A stretch of 53,356 nucleotides of DNA, counting the filler, from Sluysia triapertura (lineage: Eukaryota), in NCBI GenBank assembly GCA_046118255.1. It is 3 parts of 3 records of this genome, joined end to end, with 100 filler letters (N's around TTAATTAATTAA, not from the genome) between each part and the next. Parts side by side here need not be neighbours in the genome. Positions count along the whole stretch, not along the records: positions 40,124 to 53,356 come from JBJNIA010051117.1; 2 more parts are not named here. One strand, written 5' to 3'. Positions 47,831 to 53,356 of this stretch are shown in pieces. Every line of letters begins with the position of its first letter. Positions within the stretch are counted from its first letter, which is position 1. The notes beneath the pieces are model-generated. The model ran no database searches. It was not told where the DNA came from and saw only the letters and a program-made list of their open reading frames with translations. Position numbers and translations under genes: made by a program.

Positions 47831-48619
47831 CCAGTGGTCAAAAATCAATTCCATCCTCAAAGCGTGATGTGAGCTCATTAGCAGCAATGATCATTAAAGT
47901 ATTTCAGAACCTCTACTAATAAATTATCCCTAGAAACAGTTATCGTCTATGAAAATAACCATTTATGTATATCCACATCAGAATGTCCTAGTATAGCACA
48001 TTTTGATCAAGAACTAGCAAATGTTTTTAACATGGAATCAGTAAGTTTTCACGTCATTATGTCGTAATGAACATTTGTTCTATTTTTATATCTTTTATTG
48101 TTTAATTAAAAATTGTTAATGTACTTTATTATGTCATTTAATTTTCAGCGTAAAACATTAAAGGCAAGTTTGCGCAGTTCTTTAAATCATTAAAATTAAT
48201 CTTGGAATGAATTTTATCTATAAATATTTCAGGAAGCGTAAATTTTATTTCAATTCAATAAAAACAAAGTATCTAAAGCCAGATAAAACTAAGGAAATTA
48301 AAAACACGATCTTACCTACATCAAGTACGAATGTCACAAACGTACCACGTACTAAAACCTATCACACATTCCATATATTTCTTCAGCACTGATACCATAT
48401 TTTGACTTATAACCTGTTGAATAACAATATTTTTAAATATACTGTCTTTTTATTCATGAACTGAAAGGTCTATAAGATGCTCAGAACTAATAGGATCACG
48501 AATTTGGTGTTTTTTTCAATAATCACTCTTCACAATGTTCGGGTGGAAACTCCGTCCTGGCCCTTTTTGAGAATTATGTATTCATCCTTAAAGCAAAAAA
48601 ATCAACAATTTATACCTAT

Positions 48620-49340
48620 AATAATAAATTGGATGCAAACACCTTAAATATTACTGAAATTAAGCATGTTAAACTTAATAATAATCCCAAATCACCGAAG
48701 TCTTCATTTATTCCTCTCTAAATTGTTTTATTTACTGCTTTAACATTATTCAAAATAACTTTCGATATTGTATTTGTTTCCACCTAATTTGTTATACATT
48801 TTATCACCTTTAACAACAGTATCATACGAATCGCATGATCGAGAATATATTCCATTTGACAATAACAATTCTTAGAACATTTTAGGATTAAATTTAGAAC
48901 ATTACGATTAGTAGTTGCTGATTTTGTAATAGTTTCTCCAAAAATTATATAACTCTTATAGTTGGTGTTTCAAATATATATATTTGAAAACATATATTTG
49001 CAGTAGTCAGTTAAATCTTTTATCGTATCCTTACAGAAGGTAAATTTTACTTTATCATCAGAATTCGTCATCATGCCGATATGTGGAACATTATCAACAT
49101 AACTCAGTAACTCTTGATTTTCAAAATGTCGTCCATAGTCACGATTTTCATGAATATATACTTATTTAAATGTATCTTTATTTAAATGTATACTTATTAT
49201 AAATAAAAAGACATTTTTAACTTGATCTGTAGGTTATTTCATTATGCATATATTGTACCATATTTCAATCATGTTAATAAATTGGACATCTATTTGGCAC
49301 CATTGATGTAATAATGTAATAAAAAGGAGAAATATATAAT
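48620..49340 (-). pseudogene. Decayed coding region, possibly a secreted protein
   Basis: One frame (IHENRDYGRHFENQELLSYVDNVPHIG...KCSKNCYCQMEY...EDFGDLG) runs about 175 codons with only a few stops. A hydrophobic leader-like segment lies near 49300-49345. Confidence 0.35.
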
Positions 49341-50356
49341 AAAACTAGTAATAATGAAATAAAATAATAATAGAAAAATGCAATAAGTAAACTTGTAAAT
49401 AATTAATAAATTATGCGTATTTTATTGTTTTGAGTATTTTATGAATTATTATAATTTTATAATTATTATAATTTTGATGATTGCGGTGAAAGGATAACTT
49501 TTACAACTAAGAACAGTGAAAGTTAAGTTTTATTTAAAAGTTTTATTAAAAAGTTTTATTAAATAAAAATTAAGTTTTATTTAATGACTTTAGAAAAATC
49601 AATGGTGTTGACATTCTACAGAGTCGATATATATAAAACTTATATGTGTTACATGTGTTATAAAACGTTAAAAGTGTTCTCTTTTGATACTATCTTTTCA
49701 ATTTGATATTCTGGATAAAAACCACTATATATATGATAATAGTTTTGAATGATCCTTTCACATCCTAATATATTCATTGTTAAGATGAATGAAAAAATAC
49801 TTTCATATTTAAATTACTATTAGAAAAATTTATTTAATATTGAAAATATAATGTAAAAAATAAAATTATTGGAAAAATTAAAATTCCAAACTCTATTCAA
49901 ACAAAACACCATTTGTGTAAAACGTTGACATTTTTTACAAAAAGTTTTTGTCAAATTTTTTCTCTTGTTAAGAGATGTTTATAATAACAATCTTTTATTA
50001 AAGAAAGTCGTGTACGGTGGTTTCGAAATGAGGCATAATGTATTTTTCATTTTGTAACTGTCTTGCATCTCATCTAGTGGGATTAAAACAGTGATTCTAG
50101 AATTAATCGAAACTACCACTGGTTGAAGATATAAGCAGCAATTAATTATTTTGAGTCACCATGAAAAAGGACAAGGTACTTTTCTGTATGAAAATGCTAA
50201 ACTACATATAAGTAAATCAGTCATTGGATATATAAGTATTATTCGATTTATGTTTTTTGAGGATACTAAACATTACTTTAATGATTGGATTGATTCAGAA
50301 AGACCAAATTTCTTTCGTTTAATCTATTTATTATCTGAAAACTAGAAAGATTTATA

Positions 50357-50358
<2 letters not shown>

Positions 50359-50401
<43 letters not shown>
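50359..50401. repeat. (ATA)n microsatellite
   Basis: Read directly from the sequence. Confidence 0.95.
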
Positions 50402-50403
<2 letters not shown>

Positions 50404-50603
50404 TATTTATTTTATAATTAAATATTATTTATAGCAGTCAGAGTAGTGGAAATCTGTTTAAGTAATCTATCCAAAGTATTTTATATTTTGTAAATACTCA
50501 ACCTTTACATTTGAATTTATATAACATTTTTATCATGAATAATCATAATGAAACAGTAAATGCAACTTTCTTTCGTTACAAATATTTATATATTATATTT
50601 TAG

Positions 50604-50807
50604 ATTAATGAATACAATTTCCTATATGAATCTTCGAATAATCTTCCAAAAATGTTGGTATCAGTCAAATCACCAATATCCAGACGGAATACAATCACAG
50701 AAGGATTGAATCGTGGGTCAAGTTTTTTAAATCCAACCACTTCAATTATTTTGCAAAATAAATCAATTCGTATTCGTCCTAATTTTCCTTTTCCATGGGT
50801 TTCTCAA

Positions 50808-50863
<56 letters not shown>

Positions 50864-51012
50864 CAATACTAATAATAATACCAATACTAATAATAATACC
50901 AATAATAATAATACCAATACTAATAATAATACCAATAATAATAATACCAATACTAATAACAATACCAATACTAATAATAACAATAATAATAATCAAAAAA
51001 TGAACCAAAAAG
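50604..51012 (+). CDS. Putative internal exon containing a ~61-codon poly-Asn/Thr tract
   Basis: ttttag acceptor ending at 50603, an open frame INEYNFLYESS...NNN(T/N)n...QKMNQK, and an AG|GTAAGT donor at 51013. Confidence 0.45.
50808..50993. repeat. Compound (AAT)n/(AAT ACC AAT ACT) microsatellite
   Basis: Read directly from the sequence; all units are multiples of 3. Confidence 0.95.
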
Positions 51013-52089
51013 GTAAGTAAAATAATTTTAAAATTCATTCTATTTATTAATGTTATTTTTATTTTAATTAAGTTATTCTCAAAGTTATTTCTTCAGATTT
51101 TAACAAAATTTATTTAACGGAGTTTAGTAAACATGGAATTTTTGAAATACTAAGTTTTCAATAAAATTAATGTGATATTTAGAAAAGAAATAATCAAAAG
51201 TTTTATTTATAAAATATCTAAATGAGCATCGCGTTTGTCTGTGCATTTCTGACATCTTTCTGAAGCAGAGCGACAAACTTTTTAACATAACAAAATCAGA
51301 TGCCACCACAACTCTTTTAGTTTAGCAATACTTGAAGATTTTGTTGAGTTAATAAAGTCTGCTCGTTAAGTCTAATGTCCTTCGAAGTTACCCATTCAAT
51401 CTAAGCATTAGGAATTTTTTTGATAAATTAAAACAAAAAATTAAATTCAAAAAACTGAATTGTTCAACGTGAACCTTATTGCTTATAAATGCAAAATTTA
51501 ACACTAAACGTACCGAAGTTTGATGTATACACCTACATATAAAATTAAAAGTCATATTATAAAATCGTATAAAAAACTATACAATTTCGTAGTATTTTTT
51601 ACAGTAAAAACGAAAACGTGTCATTTGACCAGTCGGGTTACATTTAGTGTTAAATAAAACTTTATTGAAAACTATATGAATTATATATTAGCATTAATTT
51701 ACTTTTCAAGCGTTTTTAAATTGTAATTTTGTTTTAATATTTTCTTTTATGAATATGTGAAAGAAATTTCAAAAAGGAAGAGACAAGATTTATTTGCAGA
51801 AGATAAACATAAGTTAATAGAATTATATCAACGTTTTTTTCATTGGGCTCTGCAAATAATTTTTTGAAATTCCGAAATTACATTTTCATTTCATATTTAA
51901 CAATAAGGAAAATCTTGATTCTTTGGCGTTTGGGTGAGTTTAGAATTAGAAATATAAGAGCAATAAATGTAGGTATCATTGGCAATATATTATAAATGCC
52001 GGCTTTAAAATTAACAGAATATTTCGGAAATTATGATTTTAATGAATGGTCTAATTCTTTTCTTTTGAGCCATGATATCATATAAAAGA

Positions 52090-52690
52090 ATCATCGAAAA
52101 CCGTGGATAAAAGGTTTGCTCTTAATTTTAAAGAATTGTATGTGACAAATTTGAAGGAATATAAAGATAGTGTGAGAAAATTAACGTTAGAATAAAATTT
52201 AATTTAAAGCTGTGAGTTCACCAACGTACTGGGCTTACCAGCGAGGGCCAACCGTTGGATTTGGTAAGATAAAAGTAATGAAGGTTAAGAGAGCTTTAAC
52301 TATAGGCTAATTGACTTAACTATTAATTTAGACTAAATAATTTAATTAATAATTTAATAATTATCAGTTATTCAAAAGTTTAAATAAGATTTTACGCTTG
52401 ATCATGTGAAATAGGATCGGAATAGTTATATTACGAGGTTAGAGTTACATTCTAACCAGAAAACTCTCAAACTAGTATATATGATTTTAATTTATTTTGT
52501 AACTATAAAAATTAGATAATCAAAGAAAAAACTTCAAATTTACAATGTGTATTATTAAAATATACAGAAAATTTTAGTTATAACGTAAATTATGAAGAAA
52601 AAATATACAAAAATTTATAAAAATAATTATATGTATATAGGTACGTTGCGACCAGAATTAAAAATTAATTATTTTAATTTATTGGATTTT
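52090..52690 (-). repeat. Dispersed family B, copy B2
   Basis: The reverse complement aligns collinearly with 2650-3270. Confidence 0.75.
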
Positions 52691-52857
52691 AAATTTAAAT
52701 TTACGTCTGAATCTATTATAAGATTCGAAATGTAATATTAAATGAGTTTAAGTCGGAGTTTACGAAGGATATTTAATAAATATTCGATCTTAACAAAAAT
52801 AAACTAACTATACAAAGAAATAAAATTCGAATTGCGTATTCCATCGAAGAGATTCTG

Positions 52858-52975
52858 TAAGCCAAAGAACTGTGCAATAAAGTTCGGAATTGATTATGTC
52901 TTTGATGAGCCAAAAATTGTGCAGTAAGATCTGGAATTGATTATGTCTTCGGTAAACCAAAAAGAAAATTGTGTC
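52858..52975 (+). repeat. ~48-bp tandem repeat x ~2.3 (KPKNCA..GIDYVF 16-aa unit)
   Basis: ggaattgattatgtctt occurs twice about 47 bp apart, each time preceded by tgtgca.taa. Confidence 0.8.
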
Positions 52976-53030
52976 AAAAAATTCAGTAAAACTATTGTGT
53001 TCATGGTTAAAATTTTATGCATATTTATAG

Positions 53031-53064
53031 TTGTTTTAGTCTGACCAAGGTCAGACTTAAACAA
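53031..53064. repeat. Palindrome ttgttttagtctgacc-aa-ggtcagacttaaacaa
   Basis: 16-bp arms with one mismatch and a 2-nt spacer. The left half matches 2666-2688. Confidence 0.85.
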
Positions 53065-53356
53065 AACAAATATTTAATTTAAAAAATATAATTTTAATTT
53101 TAATTAATAATTTTAAAATTTCGTGTTAATTTTGAATTAATTTTTAGAAGATTTTAAATTCTAATGTTCATTAATTAAAAGAATTAATTATCTTAAAAGA
53201 ATATTTCCAAAATAATCGATAGATGTTCCAAAAATTATCAGAATAAATGTAAAAATCAAAAATTATTAAAATTAATAAGGTGTACAAAAATCAATATAAA
53301 ATTTAATAATGTATACAAATCGATAATTTAGTTACAAAATTAGCTATTAACACAAT

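Overview
Very AT-rich eukaryotic (animal-like) DNA read with the standard genetic code, with tiny 34-41 bp GT-AG introns. This fits a reduced metazoan genome such as an orthonectid, but that is inference only. The window is not one locus: two 100-bp artificial linkers (44 N + TTAATTAATTAA + 44 N) join at least three independent contigs (1-27421, ~27677-40023, 40124-53356). Recognisable content: an intact single-exon ELP5 gene; the first three exons of UGGT, with no continuation visible; an internally deleted pogo/Tigger DNA transposon with short TIRs and a TA target duplication; two decayed tRNA-Ala-like copies; and pseudogenised fragments of TRAPPC3/Bet3, PLEKHM1 and two tandem ABCA-transporter copies. 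Most other non-low-complexity DNA consists of several uncharacterised dispersed families of decayed coding sequence (called A-E here), some with codon-level conservation. The most unusual non-coding signal is a ~320-nt run of six near-adjacent stem-loops with G-U wobble pairs at 42535-42850. All protein assignments come from recalled family motifs, not database searches.
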